NCBI GenBank assembly: GCA_964646975.1
Contig: CAZYGJ010000013.1
Coordinates: 2,466 to 66,465 of the forward strand
Origin: an uncultured Ruminococcus sp.
Lineage (GTDB): Bacteria; Bacillota; Clostridia; Oscillospirales; Acutalibacteraceae
Length of the DNA: 64,000 nt
Reading direction: 5' to 3'
Shown here: positions 45,328 through 55,841 of the stretch, one piece after another
Layout of the letters: every line of letters starts with the position of its first letter
How positions within the stretch are numbered: position 1 is the stretch's first letter
Notes under the pieces: generated by a model
Database searches by the model: none
What the model was told of the DNA's origin: nothing
The model's input: the letters and a program-made list of their open reading frames with translations, nothing else
Translations under genes and position numbers: made by a program

Positions 45328-45477
45328 ACAGAAAACATAAATTATAGTGTATGCTTTTGAGGACGGAACGGGCAGCCGTAGCCCCTCGCAAGAGGTTAGG
45401 AGATGTGGGAGTGTCGCCCCACCAAAAACATACACACAACAGGCAAGCTCTGAAATATGAGCTTGCCTTTTCTTTTT
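45328..45477 (+). ncRNA. Candidate ~145 nt four-way-junction small RNA
   Basis: Closing stem 45347-45359 / 45423-45435, three inner hairpins including a GCAA tetraloop; terminator AGGCAAGCTC/GAGCTTGCCT plus T tract at 45441-45477. Confidence 0.65.
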
Positions 45478-45909
45478 GCTTGCGACAGCTAAATCACCGC
45501 ATTGAGTGAAGCTGTGAAGATAATATTTTTATGTTGTGCCGCTCTAAATGCCAAAACAATAAATAAAATGCCGCTCTTTTCCTTATATACGCCCTGTGTG
45601 GGGTTTTTACGGCTTTGAAAGGTAAACACCTGTGGCTTTTAAAATAAAAGCAACAAAAACGAAATACAGCGATATTTTAAAACGCAGTACAGAGTAAAAT
45701 AATCTGTCAGAGCGGCAACACAAAATAAGATGTTTTCAAGTCTTAAAAATCCGCACAATTCACGACAAAAATTTGATGTTTATTTGACGTTTGTTTCTGC
45801 AATAAACAGCAAATAATTATTACGGTTCGCAAAGGGTAAACCCTTAAAAATCGCATAAACAAGCCGTTTATCGACATCTATAAAAATCCACAAAACCACA
45901 AAAAACACG

Positions 45910-45955
45910 TTGGTAAGGACGAGGTCACGGGTTCAAATCCCGTTATCAGCTCCAA
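45910..45955 (+). other. attR (3' half of tRNA-Thr)
   Basis: Identical to 40031-40076. Confidence 0.93.
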
Positions 45956-46206
45956 AACAAAAGCCACCCAAAGGGTGGTTTTTTTGGCAAAGCGATAGGG
46001 ATTTGAAAGGGCGACAAGAAAACAGTTCGGTGAACTGTTTTCCGCCCGTCGCGATGATGAACGGAAATTGATTGCACACACCGCAACAGACGAGATGAAG
46101 TTTTGCAAAGCAGAACAAAGTTATCAGCTCCAAAACAAAAGCCACCCAAAGGGTGGTTTTTTTGGCAAAGCGATAGGGATTTGAAAGGGCGACAAGAAAA
46201 CAGTTC
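45942..46206 (+). repeat. 87 bp direct repeat (period 178 bp) starting with the tRNA 3' end
   Basis: 45942-46028 = 46120-46206; contains a GCCACCC/GGGTGGT hairpin and an inverted T-arm copy GGGATTTGAA. Confidence 0.88.
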
Positions 46207-46307
46207 TGAAAGCTTCGGCGGGAGTTTCCCGACCAAGACATTATTAAAGCAATGTATGATGAGCTTTCTGTGTCTAAAAGGAAATCGTAAGATTGGGAGG
46301 AGATTAT

Positions 46308-46688
46308 ATGTTAAAAAAATTTAAGTTAAGTTTTGATGCTTGGGGATTAATTTTATTTCTGATTATAATGATACCGAATTTTATTTGGTTTGCTGTTCCT
46401 GCACCAAACGATATATTAAGGTCGGATTCAATCACAGGAACGCTTGATACGGTAGCTTCTCTGTTTCAAGTCTTGATGATTGTTGCTTTGTGTATTTTAA
46501 AAAACAGAGAATGTAACAAAATATGTGTAAACCCGTTTGTTATCCTCATATCAAGCTGTTGTTTATTATACTTTTTCAGTTGGATAGCCTACTATAACAG
46601 CATAGTAAATGCGATTGTAATATTAGGCTTGACAATATTCCCTTGCTTGGCGTTTTTGTTTTTTCAATTGACAGAAAGAATTGGATAG
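46308..46688 (+). CDS. Hypothetical integral membrane protein
   Basis: Four hydrophobic segments, GGAGG SD; may be 3'-truncated by a frameshift (hydrophobic coding-like sequence continues to ~46755). Confidence 0.6.
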   Translation: MLKKFKLSFDAWGLILFLIIMIPNFIWFAVPAPNDILRSDSITGTLDTVASLFQVLMIVALCILKNRECNKICVNPFVILISSCCLLYFFSWIAYYNSIVNAIVILGLTIFPCLAFLFFQLTERIG

Positions 46689-46824
46689 CCCTGATTCCAG
46701 CTTCACTTTTTACAATTTGTCATTTAATATATGCAATAGCAAATTTTATAATTTGATAAAATTCAAGTCTCAGAACGGGAGATTTCCACGACTATCACCC
46801 TAAATAAAATATGTGACTTTTCCT

Positions 46825-47500
46825 GCCTCCATTTGATGAGGAAGGTAGCAAAAAAGCTTGAAGTAAATGCAGTGTGCGGACGTGTTTGCTGCTTTGAAAG
46901 TACATCAAATATTACTGTGATGAAATGCACAAAAACACCCCTCAAGAGGGAGCCTTGGAAATGCTTTATCTTTAGATTAAATTGATAGCTGTGGATAAGT
47001 TTTCTGTTCAATAAAACCTTAGATTATAGTTGAGCGTTTCTGTAAAATCCAAGCCTCCCTTGTGTAAAGGGAGGTGGCAAAAATCGAAGATTTTTGACGG
47101 AGGGATTGAAAGCGTTTTTGTTAGATTAACGTCAGATTTTCAAGCAAAAAATTCCGTCCGCACCATGCCCTCACTTGAGGGAGGGTGGCACGACGAAGTC
47201 GTGACGGAAGGGTGAGCTGAGGAAATGTCATATTTAAATAATATGCTAATGCGACGGCAATCCCTCAGTCATTTTGCAAGCAAAATGACAGCTCCCTTTG
47301 CACAAGGGAGCCTTGAAAAGTGACATCTAAATTATAACTTAAATGCAGTGTGCGGACGTGTTCACATCTTTGAAATCACATCAAACATTACTGCGATGAA
47401 ATGCACAAAAAAGCTTGAAGTAAATGCAGTGTGCGGACGTGTTTACGCCTTTAAAATCACATCAAATATTACTGCGGTGAAATGCACAAAAAAGCTTGAA
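46825..47500. repeat. Mosaic REP-like array 7
   Basis: Hairpin repeats near 47052-47108, 47167-47217 and 47257-47312; tandem ~80 bp modules 47340-47500. Confidence 0.9.
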
Positions 47501-47646
47501 TAGCTAATTCTTCACCGTGGCAATAAAATGCTTGCAATAACGTTGATAAAATATTATAATAAAATAATGAATATCTATATATTAGGAAAGCTGTGGGCAA
47601 AAGCATTGTCGCTCGCAGTTAAATTTGACGGAACGGGAGTAGTTTT

Positions 47647-48684
47647 ATGAGAATAGTTGTTCTTGCAGGCGGACTTAGCACCGAGCGTGACGTGTCCGTA
47701 TCTTCGGGAATTTTGGTTGCGGAGGCACTCAGAAGCAAGGGACATGAGGTTGTTTTGCTTGACGTGTTTACGGGGTATGAAGAAAACATCTGCGATATTG
47801 ACGCACTTTTTAAGAATAATTACAGCTTTGCGGACAAATTCAGCGTTGGCAAAACAATTTCCAACATTAACGAGGTCAAAGAAAATCGCCTTGACAAGTC
47901 AGACAGATTTATCGGCAGCAACGTGATTGAAATTTGCAGCTATGCCGACATCACCTTTCTTGCACTTCACGGAGGTGAGGGCGAAAACGGACAGATTCAG
48001 GCAACCTTTGATTTGCTCGGCATAAAATATACAGGCTCAGGCTATTTAGGCTCGGCACTTGCTATGCACAAGGGCCTTACCAAAAGCGTGCTTGTGCAAA
48101 ACAAAATTCTCACACCAAAGGGCGAGGTGTTCAAATCTGCCAAGCAAGCCGAGAGCTGGAGCGTTTTTCCCTGCGTTGTCAAGCCCTGCTCAGGCGGTTC
48201 AAGCGTGGGAATAACCGTTGCCGAAACCAAAGCGGACTTTGCTTCTTCGGTCAAGGAGGCGTTTGCCTACGGTGAAACCGAAATTGTGGTTGAGCAGTTT
48301 GTAAAGGGCAGAGAGCTTTCCGTGGGCTTGCTCGGCGGCAAGGCTTTGCCACCCATCGAGATTATCCCAAAATCGGGCTTTTATGACTACGCTTCAAAAT
48401 ATCAGGCAGGTGCCACAACCGAAATCTGCCCTGCCGACATTTCCGCAGACGCTGACAAAAAGCTCAGAGAGGCGGCAGAGGCGGCTTATAAGGCACTTTA
48501 TTTGGAAAGCTACGCAAGAATTGACTTTATCCTTGACGAAAGCAACGACGTCTACTGCCTTGAGGCAAACACCCTGCCGGGAATGACCCCCACAAGTCTT
48601 TTGCCGCAGGAGGCAGGCGTTGAGGGTATGAATTATGCCGATTTGTGCGAAAAAATAATAGAAATTTCGCTGGAGAAAAATTAA
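47647..48684 (+). CDS. ddl: D-alanine-D-alanine ligase
   Basis: GGLSTERDVS, LHGGEGENG, KPCSGGSSVG, YDYASKY, EANTLPGMT; promoter TTGCAA-17-TATAAT at 47532-47560. Confidence 0.95.
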   Translation: MRIVVLAGGLSTERDVSVSSGILVAEALRSKGHEVVLLDVFTGYEENICDIDALFKNNYSFADKFSVGKTISNINEVKENRLDKSDRFIGSNVIEICSYADITFLALHGGEGENGQIQATFDLLGIKYTGSGYLGSALAMHKGLTKSVLVQNKILTPKGEVFKSAKQAESWSVFPCVVKPCSGGSSVGITVAETKADFASSVKEAFAYGETEIVVEQFVKGRELSVGLLGGKALPPIEIIPKSGFYDYASKYQAGATTEICPADISADADKKLREAAEAAYKALYLESYARIDFILDESNDVYCLEANTLPGMTPTSLLPQEAGVEGMNYADLCEKIIEISLEKN

Positions 48685-48685
48685 T

Positions 48686-50035
48686 ATGAAGCCTTTTACA
48701 CTTGAAGAAATCGCCGCTTCGTGCGGTGGTGAATACATAGGAGAAGAAAGCCTGAAATCCACGCAAATCACCTCGGTTGAGCGTGACAGCCGCCAAATAA
48801 AGGACGGCTCGCTGTTTCTTGCAATCAAGGGTGAGCGAGTTGACGGTCACGATTACGTTGAAAAATGCTTTGAAAGCGGTGCTGTGTGTGCTGTTTGCGA
48901 GCGTAAAATTCCAAATGCGTCAAAGCCGTATATTTTGGTGGAGTCAACGCTTGAAGCGGTCAAAAAAATCGCAGAAGCCTATCGCCTGAAGTTTGATATT
49001 CCCGTTGTGGGAGTGTCGGGCAGCGTGGGCAAAACCTCAACCAAAGAAATGCTGTATGCGGTGCTTTCTCAAAGGTTTTTAACTCACAAAACTCAGGGCA
49101 ACCTCAACAATGAGCTTGGTGTTCCGCTGACAATTTTGGCTATGCCCGAAAACACTCAGGCGGCTGTTATCGAGATGGGCATTTCCGACTTCGGCGAAAT
49201 GTCACGCCTTGCAAAAATCGTAAAGCCTACTGTGTGTGTGCTGACGATAATCGGTTGCTGCCACCTTGAAAATCTCGGTGACCGTGACGGCGTTTGCAAG
49301 GCAAAAACCGAGATGTTTGACTATGCCTCAAAAGACGCCGAGTTTGTGCTTAACGGCGACGATGACAAGCTGTCGCAAATTAATGATGTCAACGGCAAAA
49401 AGCCGATTTTCTTCGGACTTGATTCAAAAAACAGGTATTATGCCGAAAATATACAAAACAACGGTGAGGGCGGAGTGCTTTGCACGCTTTGCTTTGACGG
49501 TGCAAAAATCAACGCAACAATCCCCGCAATCGGCAGCTATATGGTGTCAAACGCACTTGCAGCCGCCGCTGTGGGCAAGCATCTGGGGCTGAGCAACGAG
49601 CAAATCAAAAACGGCGTTGAAGCCTACAAAACCGTGGGTAGTCGTGCCAACGTTATCAACACGGGCAAAATCAGGATTATTGACGATTGCTACAACGCAA
49701 ACCCCACCTCGGTCAAGGCGTCCCTTGCAACGCTTGCGAATTTTGAGGGCAGAAGGGTTGCGATTTTGGGCGATATGAAGGAGCTTGGCAAGGATGAGCT
49801 GAAGCTTCATTTTGAAACAGGACTTGAAGCCAAGAAAAATGCAGACGAGGTTGTTGCAATCGGTGAGCTTTCAAAAGAGCTTGCAAAAGCCGCCGAGGGC
49901 AGTTGGTTTGAAAGCATTGATGAGGCAAAGCCCGAAATTGCGGCAAAAATCAAGTCGGGTGACACAGTGCTTGTAAAAGCATCGCACTCGATGCAGTTTG
50001 AAAAAATCGTGGAATTTTTGAGAGAAAAATTTTAA
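48686..50035 (+). CDS. murF: UDP-MurNAc-tripeptide:D-Ala-D-Ala ligase
   Basis: SGSVGKTSTKE, NNELGVP, DDCYNANP, KASHS. Confidence 0.96.
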   Translation: MKPFTLEEIAASCGGEYIGEESLKSTQITSVERDSRQIKDGSLFLAIKGERVDGHDYVEKCFESGAVCAVCERKIPNASKPYILVESTLEAVKKIAEAYRLKFDIPVVGVSGSVGKTSTKEMLYAVLSQRFLTHKTQGNLNNELGVPLTILAMPENTQAAVIEMGISDFGEMSRLAKIVKPTVCVLTIIGCCHLENLGDRDGVCKAKTEMFDYASKDAEFVLNGDDDKLSQINDVNGKKPIFFGLDSKNRYYAENIQNNGEGGVLCTLCFDGAKINATIPAIGSYMVSNALAAAAVGKHLGLSNEQIKNGVEAYKTVGSRANVINTGKIRIIDDCYNANPTSVKASLATLANFEGRRVAILGDMKELGKDELKLHFETGLEAKKNADEVVAIGELSKELAKAAEGSWFESIDEAKPEIAAKIKSGDTVLVKASHSMQFEKIVEFLREKF

Positions 50036-50091
50036 GCTCTGCAATCAATACGGATTAAATAAATTAAAGATAAAGAAAGGCGGTATAAACT

Positions 50092-50718
50092 ATGTCAGTA
50101 TCCTATATGACACATCCTCTTATCAAACACAAAATCACAATTCTACGCAAGCAGGAAACCCCTACGGGCGAATTTCGCAGCCTGATTGAAGAAATCGCAA
50201 CCCTTATGGGCTATGAGGCACTCTCGGATTTGCCCACAACGGAAATCAAGGTGCAAACTCCGATTGAAGAAACCGAACAGCCCGTAATTCAGGGCAAAAA
50301 GCTCGCCGTTGTGCCTGTTTTGAGAGCAGGTCTTGGTATGGTGAACGGAATTTTGGCACTTGTACCCTCGGCAAGAGTGGGACACATCGGACTTTATCGT
50401 GACCCCGAAACCCACGAGCCTCACGAATATTACTGCAAGCTGCCCGAAAAAATCGACCAACGCCAAATCGTTGTGGTTGACCCGATGCTTGCAACAGGCG
50501 GCTCGGCTATTGCGGCGGTTGATTTCATCAAAAAGCACGGCGGCAAAAAAATCAAGTTTATGTCAATAATCGCCGCACCTGAGGGAGTCAGTGCCCTTAT
50601 GCAGGCTCACCCCGACATTCAGCTTTATGTGGGCTGTCTTGACAGATGCCTTAACGAAAAAGCCTACATCTGCCCCGGCTTGGGCGATGCAGGCGACAGA
50701 ATTTTCGGCACATTATAA
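50092..50718 (+). CDS. upp: Uracil phosphoribosyltransferase
   Basis: [31 protein letters not shown]. Confidence 0.97.
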   Translation: MSVSYMTHPLIKHKITILRKQETPTGEFRSLIEEIATLMGYEALSDLPTTEIKVQTPIEETEQPVIQGKKLAVVPVLRAGLGMVNGILALVPSARVGHIGLYRDPETHEPHEYYCKLPEKIDQRQIVVVDPMLATGGSAIAAVDFIKKHGGKKIKFMSIIAAPEGVSALMQAHPDIQLYVGCLDRCLNEKAYICPGLGDAGDRIFGTL

Positions 50719-50780
50719 TCGGTGCATCAAATAACCCCGATTTAAGGCTTGGGTTAATGAAAATCAAATACTTAATGCGA

Positions 50781-50818
50781 CAAGCGACGGAAATTTAACC
50801 CGTCGCTTGTTTTTTTTT
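50781..50818 (+). terminator. Rho-independent terminator after upp
   Basis: CAAGCGACGG-loop-CCGTCGCTTG plus 9 T. Confidence 0.85.
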
Positions 50819-51002
50819 GTTAGATTGTTTTGCTTTGAGCAGGCAAAGCGATTGATGGTCAAAAATGTCACTTTTGTTTTATATGTTTTACACAAAATCT
50901 CGCACATTTACAAAAATATTATTGATTTTTAATAAACTGAGTGTTACAATAAAATAGAAGCAATATCTGTTTATATTAAAATACATAGGCAACAATTAAG
51001 TT

Positions 51003-51405
51003 GATTTTGCACAAAAACTCCCCTCAAGCTGGAGCCTTGGAAATGTTCATATTTCAATAACAATGATAGCCTTGGAAAGTGACATTTAAATTATAACCAA
51101 AATGCAGTGTTAAGACGCGTTCGCTACTTTGTAAACATATCAAATTTAACTACGTTGAAATGCACAAAAACTCCCTTGTGTAAAGGGAGGTGGCAAAAAT
51201 GCTTGAATTAAATGCAGTGTTTGGATGTGTTTGTGCCTTTGAAATCACATTAAACCTTACTGCGGTGAAATGCACAAAAATTTTTGTCGGAGGGATTGAA
51301 AGCGTTTATATTATATGAACGTTAAAATTTAAAACCAAAGCTTCCGCACGCACCATGCCCTCACTTGAGGGAGGGTGGCACGACGAAGTCGTGACGGAAG
51401 GGTGA
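51003..51405. repeat. Mosaic REP-like array 8
   Basis: Two ~80 bp modules and three hairpin repeats in minus orientation. Confidence 0.9.
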
Positions 51406-51496
51406 ACCTTGAAACAATAACTTTGAACCAAAGGCAAATCTTAAATTTTAGACAAGCCTAAAAATTTTAAAAACCTAAGCGAAAGGAGACATATCT

Positions 51497-53767
51497 ATGT
51501 CAAACAAAAAGAAAAAAGTCACGGCAGTTGCGGCAATAGCCACAGCGGCGGCACTCTTGCTCGGCGGAACGTTTGCTTGGCAGAGTATCAGCCAAACGGC
51601 TCTCAACGAAACCGATGACATCATCAACCCCGGCGGACGTTTGCACGACGATTTTGACGGCTCTAACAAGGACGTTTACGTTGAAAACTTTGCAGATAAC
51701 CCGATTTTCGCCCGTATTCGTCTTGATGAATATTTTGAAATCACGATGAACAAAAACACCCCTGCCGAGGCCACTGAGGTTATCACAACAGGAGCGACAA
51801 AGGGCGACACAGACACCTATTTGACCCACTATTTTGACCAAGAAAACTTGACCGACACATATTGGGAGTGGGCAACAGGCGGCTCAACAACCTATATGCC
51901 GACTTTCAACAAGAACAAGGACAGCTTAAAGGCAGACATTAACGGCACATACGATATGGATTTCGACGATTATGTTGCATATACTGACGGCGAAACAAAA
52001 ATCGACAATGCAGTTTATGATGCAGATTCAAACAGCGTTGAGGACGAAAATGTCACCACCGTTGAAGAAACCCATTATGCAACAACAACTATCAACGGCG
52101 ACTTGATGAGTATGCAGGAGTGGATTGATGCAGGCTCGACCGCAGGCGATTATTGGGTATATGACACCGACGGCTGGGTATATTGGGCAAATGCAATTCA
52201 GCCAAATACAGCAACAGGATTGTTGCTTGACGGCATATCGCTGAAAGACAAAATGGACGACAGCTATTACTATGCAATTAACGTTACTGCTCAGTTTGTC
52301 ACAGCAGATGACGTCGGCAAGGACGACAACACAGGCTTCTATGACACCACAGCAGGCACCGTTCCGAGTGCAGATGCAGAAAACTTACTCCGTGCAATCG
52401 GCGTTGATATGGGAGAAGAACCCACAACCGAGCCGATAACCGAGCCGCTGCCCACAGGCGACACGGTTTACAGCGTTTACACAACTAACGCAGACGGAGA
52501 TTATGATATGATTCTGTTCTCGTCTGCCGACAACATCACAAAGGCTCAGGCTGCTGCCATTGCAGGAATAAGTGAGGATGCGGTTGCTTTTTATTCGGAT
52601 ATGAATATGACCTTTTCAAACGGCGAAGAACTAACCATAGACGAAGATAAAGCTATGTCAATAATAGAAAACAATATGAAGGTTTCGTCAGTATCGTTTG
52701 CAAACGAAGTTAAGCCTACAAATATGAACTACTACTTTGGTTTTGTAGGCGAAAACGTTTCAAAAGCTCCGACGTTTGATTTTACAAATCTTGACACCTC
52801 AAGTGTTACAAGTATGGAATCTACATTTGGAAACTGCACGGCAACAGAGCTTGACGTTTCTTCTTTTGACACATCAAATGTTACCAATATGTCAAGTATG
52901 TTCTCAAAAATGAAAGAAATGACAAGCTTGACATTAGGTGATAATTGGGACACTTCAAAGGTTACCGATATGAACAATATGTTTAGATATTGTCAGAAAT
53001 TGACGGAGTTTGATTTATCTGATTTTGACACATCTAAGGTAACCGATATGTCGGGCATGTTCCATTATTGCGACGGTTTGACTGACTTGAACGTGTCATC
53101 GTTTAATACATCAAACGTTACGGATATGAACCGTATGTTTGCGGATTGCAAAAACTTAACCTCGTTGAATCTGACTTCGTTTGACACATCTAAGGTAACT
53201 GATATGTCGTATTTATTTGGCGGAGCGGGAAAAATCTCCGACTTAGACTTATCATCATTTGATACATCTAATGTAACCAATATGTCCAATATGTTCAATT
53301 GCTGCGAAGGCTTGACCGACTTAGATGTAGCTTCATTCAATACATCAAAAGCTACTGATATGTCCGATATGTTTGCTAATTGCAAAAACTTAATCTCGCT
53401 GAATCTGACGTCCCTTGATACAAGCGGTGTGACAAATATGTCAATGATGTTTGCTAATTGCAAAAACTTAACCTCGTTGGATCTGACGTCCTTCGATACA
53501 AGCCGTGTAACAGATATGTACTATATGTTTTCCGAGATGTCTAATCTTACAAGCATTACACTCGGTAACCAATGGGAGACCGCGTCCGTGACAACAATGC
53601 GTGGAATGTTTTATTCTACTAAAAACCTATCATTGGATTGCTCGGAATGGGATATAAGTATTGTTGGCGATTATGAATACTTTGATGAATACGAAGATTA
53701 TTCCAGCGGCTCTTTGGAATACAAAGATATTGAAGGCATAATCGAACCTGCTTGGTTAAACGAGTAA
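51497..53767 (+). CDS. Exported protein with SipW-type signal peptide and BspA-like (DUF285) leucine-rich repeats
   Basis: LLLGGTFAW signal motif; about ten ~25 aa repeats of type L.L.SFDTS.VTDM..MF in the C-terminal half. Confidence 0.8.
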   Translation: MSNKKKKVTAVAAIATAAALLLGGTFAWQSISQTALNETDDIINPGGRLHDDFDGSNKDVYVENFADNPIFARIRLDEYFEITMNKNTPAEATEVITTGATKGDTDTYLTHYFDQENLTDTYWEWATGGSTTYMPTFNKNKDSLKADINGTYDMDFDDYVAYTDGETKIDNAVYDADSNSVEDENVTTVEETHYATTTINGDLMSMQEWIDAGSTAGDYWVYDTDGWVYWANAIQPNTATGLLLDGISLKDKMDDSYYYAINVTAQFVTADDVGKDDNTGFYDTTAGTVPSADAENLLRAIGVDMGEEPTTEPITEPLPTGDTVYSVYTTNADGDYDMILFSSADNITKAQAAAIAGISEDAVAFYSDMNMTFSNGEELTIDEDKAMSIIENNMKVSSVSFANEVKPTNMNYYFGFVGENVSKAPTFDFTNLDTSSVTSMESTFGNCTATELDVSSFDTSNVTNMSSMFSKMKEMTSLTLGDNWDTSKVTDMNNMFRYCQKLTEFDLSDFDTSKVTDMSGMFHYCDGLTDLNVSSFNTSNVTDMNRMFADCKNLTSLNLTSFDTSKVTDMSYLFGGAGKISDLDLSSFDTSNVTNMSNMFNCCEGLTDLDVASFNTSKATDMSDMFANCKNLISLNLTSLDTSGVTNMSMMFANCKNLTSLDLTSFDTSRVTDMYYMFSEMSNLTSITLGNQWETASVTTMRGMFYSTKNLSLDCSEWDISIVGDYEYFDEYEDYSSGSLEYKDIEGIIEPAWLNE

Positions 53768-53983
53768 TTTAAAGCACATTAAATCACGCCCCTCAGACGA
53801 GGGGCGTTGTTAGTTCAATGTTTCTTCGTTTTCTTCAAATAATCTTTTGCACATTTTCACCCTATTACATTATACCATATGACCTTTGTCTGTCATATTA
53901 TAAAAAAGAAGATACTAATTTCTTAATATCTCCTTACAACTTGCTATTTTATCCTACTTATATATTGTAATTTCTTGTTATAA

Positions 53984-54775
53984 TTATTTTAAAACAATGT
54001 TATGTGCTAAATTAGATATCCAGTGTGGAATAATAGCTCCATATAATGAATTTGTTTTTAAATAAATAAAATTAAAAATTATATGTGTAATAAATAAATC
54101 TACAATCCATCTCAAATTATTTATTGTTAAATCACTTAATGTCATTCCATAAGCTATCATTCTATAAGGGAAGTGCATTATAATAAACAAAATTCCGGTT
54201 AAACATATAGCAATATACTTGTTCTTAAAAAATCCATATATCCTTGTTCCAATATATCCTCTAAAAACAAGTTCTTCACAAACTGATACTAATAAATAAT
54301 AAATTATTAACATTGGAAGTTGTTCTAAAGGAACAAGCTTACTTCCGTTTACTAAATAAGATATACAGTTATTATAAGAGTAAAATATTGCAATTATTAC
54401 TCCTATAATAATACTCATTTTCCATTTACCTTTAAAAACACCTATTGTGTCGATCTTTTGCTTATTCAATTTAACAAATAGAATTGTAATAATTATCATT
54501 AATAAATTAGATACACAACCAAATATCATTATATTTTTATTTACAAAATCAAAATTATTTTGTAATATTCCAAGGATTGAATATTCAATTATTACAATTG
54601 CAAATAGTGCCAATGCTAATATTCCATCTTTTTTTGTATACTGTTTTAAATTATTATTATATTCTTCATTTGATTGTAATATTTTTAACATATTTCTCTC
54701 CGATTTAAAAAACACAAATTTTAATTTTTTGTTCAAAATAATATGCTTCATTTTTGCTATTTTGAATTGTTGCAT
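53984..54775 (-). CDS. CPBP/Abi family intramembrane (CAAX-like) protease
   Basis: EELVFRGY, F..H, H..SN motifs; multiple TM segments; very AT-rich. Confidence 0.85.
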   Translation of the reverse strand: MQQFKIAKMKHIILNKKLKFVFFKSERNMLKILQSNEEYNNNLKQYTKKDGILALALFAIVIIEYSILGILQNNFDFVNKNIMIFGCVSNLLMIIITILFVKLNKQKIDTIGVFKGKWKMSIIIGVIIAIFYSYNNCISYLVNGSKLVPLEQLPMLIIYYLLVSVCEELVFRGYIGTRIYGFFKNKYIAICLTGILFIIMHFPYRMIAYGMTLSDLTINNLRWIVDLFITHIIFNFIYLKTNSLYGAIIPHWISNLAHNIVLK

Positions 54776-55112
54776 TACTATAAATTAATATTTGTTTAAT
54801 AGGATTATATCATATTTTTTTAATGTTAGCAATTTCTAATTCTTCTAGTAGCACTTCAAATAATACCAAAGTATTATTTAATTCTTCCATTGATGTTCTA
54901 AGATAAGTAGATAATCTAAGCCGTTCAATAAAAATCTTCTATAAATTCATCGTATTTTTTATATCTTATCTCATCAAATCACCGACACGCCAAAAAAACA
55001 AGCGACAGCTTAATGCCCTCGCTTGTAATTTATCTATTCATTTTCGGGTTTACCTCAACTATTGAAATTGAGCCAAAAAACAAGCACCAACCGTTTGGCT
55101 GGTGCTTTAACT

Positions 55113-55189
<77 letters not shown>

Positions 55190-55374
55190 ATATTTATATG
55201 CTGTCCTGTACAGCTTTTTTATTATAGCACAAGCTCACACTGTTGTCAAGGGCTAATTTGTACTTACTTAATTATATGCTGTTTTCGGTGATATATTCCC
55301 ATAAAACCAGAAAATTTAATTAAATTTATGAGAATCAGCACTTCGGAATTTGAGCCGAAGTGCTGATTTGTTGT

Positions 55375-55830
55375 TTATTTGATTTTTTCCAAAGCTGGCA
55401 AAACTTCTTTAATCAGGCTGATTTTCGACCCCAACGCCATATGAGAAACAAAGCCGTGCGGAACGGGCGGATTTTTAAGATAGTCTTTCAAATCATTAAC
55501 GTCCATAGGCTTTTTGAACTCCAAGCAAAATTCTTCGTTGAGCGAAAAGAGATAACCGTCTTTCACGCCCCAGCCCTCGGAAACACCGAAATAACACCGC
55601 TTATCCTCCGTGCGGAAAATTCTTTCGTTATCACCAAGCTTACCGATGCAGATTACGGGCGTGCTTGACAGATGCTTGTCCCCTTGCACCTCCGAAAAGA
55701 ACAACGCTCCCTTAAAGCGGTCGTTCACGCTTACATCGTTGCTGTGATGACAAATTTCATAAAATTCTCTTTTCTTCAAATTTTTTACCGATAACATAAT
55801 CGTATCCTCCTTTAGATTTTTAAAACCCAA
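55375..55830 (-). CDS. Hypothetical protein
   Basis: 151 aa ORF (possible start 55797, with AAGGAGG SD); no recognisable motif. Confidence 0.55.
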   Translation of the reverse strand: MGFKNLKEDTIMLSVKNLKKREFYEICHHSNDVSVNDRFKGALFFSEVQGDKHLSSTPVICIGKLGDNERIFRTEDKRCYFGVSEGWGVKDGYLFSLNEEFCLEFKKPMDVNDLKDYLKNPPVPHGFVSHMALGSKISLIKEVLPALEKIK

Positions 55831-55841
55831 AAGAGCGACAA

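Larger units (their letters stand above)
40031..45955. mobile_element. 5.9 kb integrative element (phage-satellite/IME-like) in tRNA-Thr
   Basis: 46 bp direct repeat 40031-40076 / 45910-45955; integrase, divergent repressor/cro, xis-like and rep-like genes; AT-richer than the flanks. Confidence 0.9.

Noticed and set aside
40031-45955. Complete prophage or ICE
   Set aside because: No terminase, capsid, tail, relaxase or T4SS genes within the att-bounded 5.9 kb.
45910-45955. Second tRNA-Thr gene
   Set aside because: Only the 3' 45 nt are present; this is attR.
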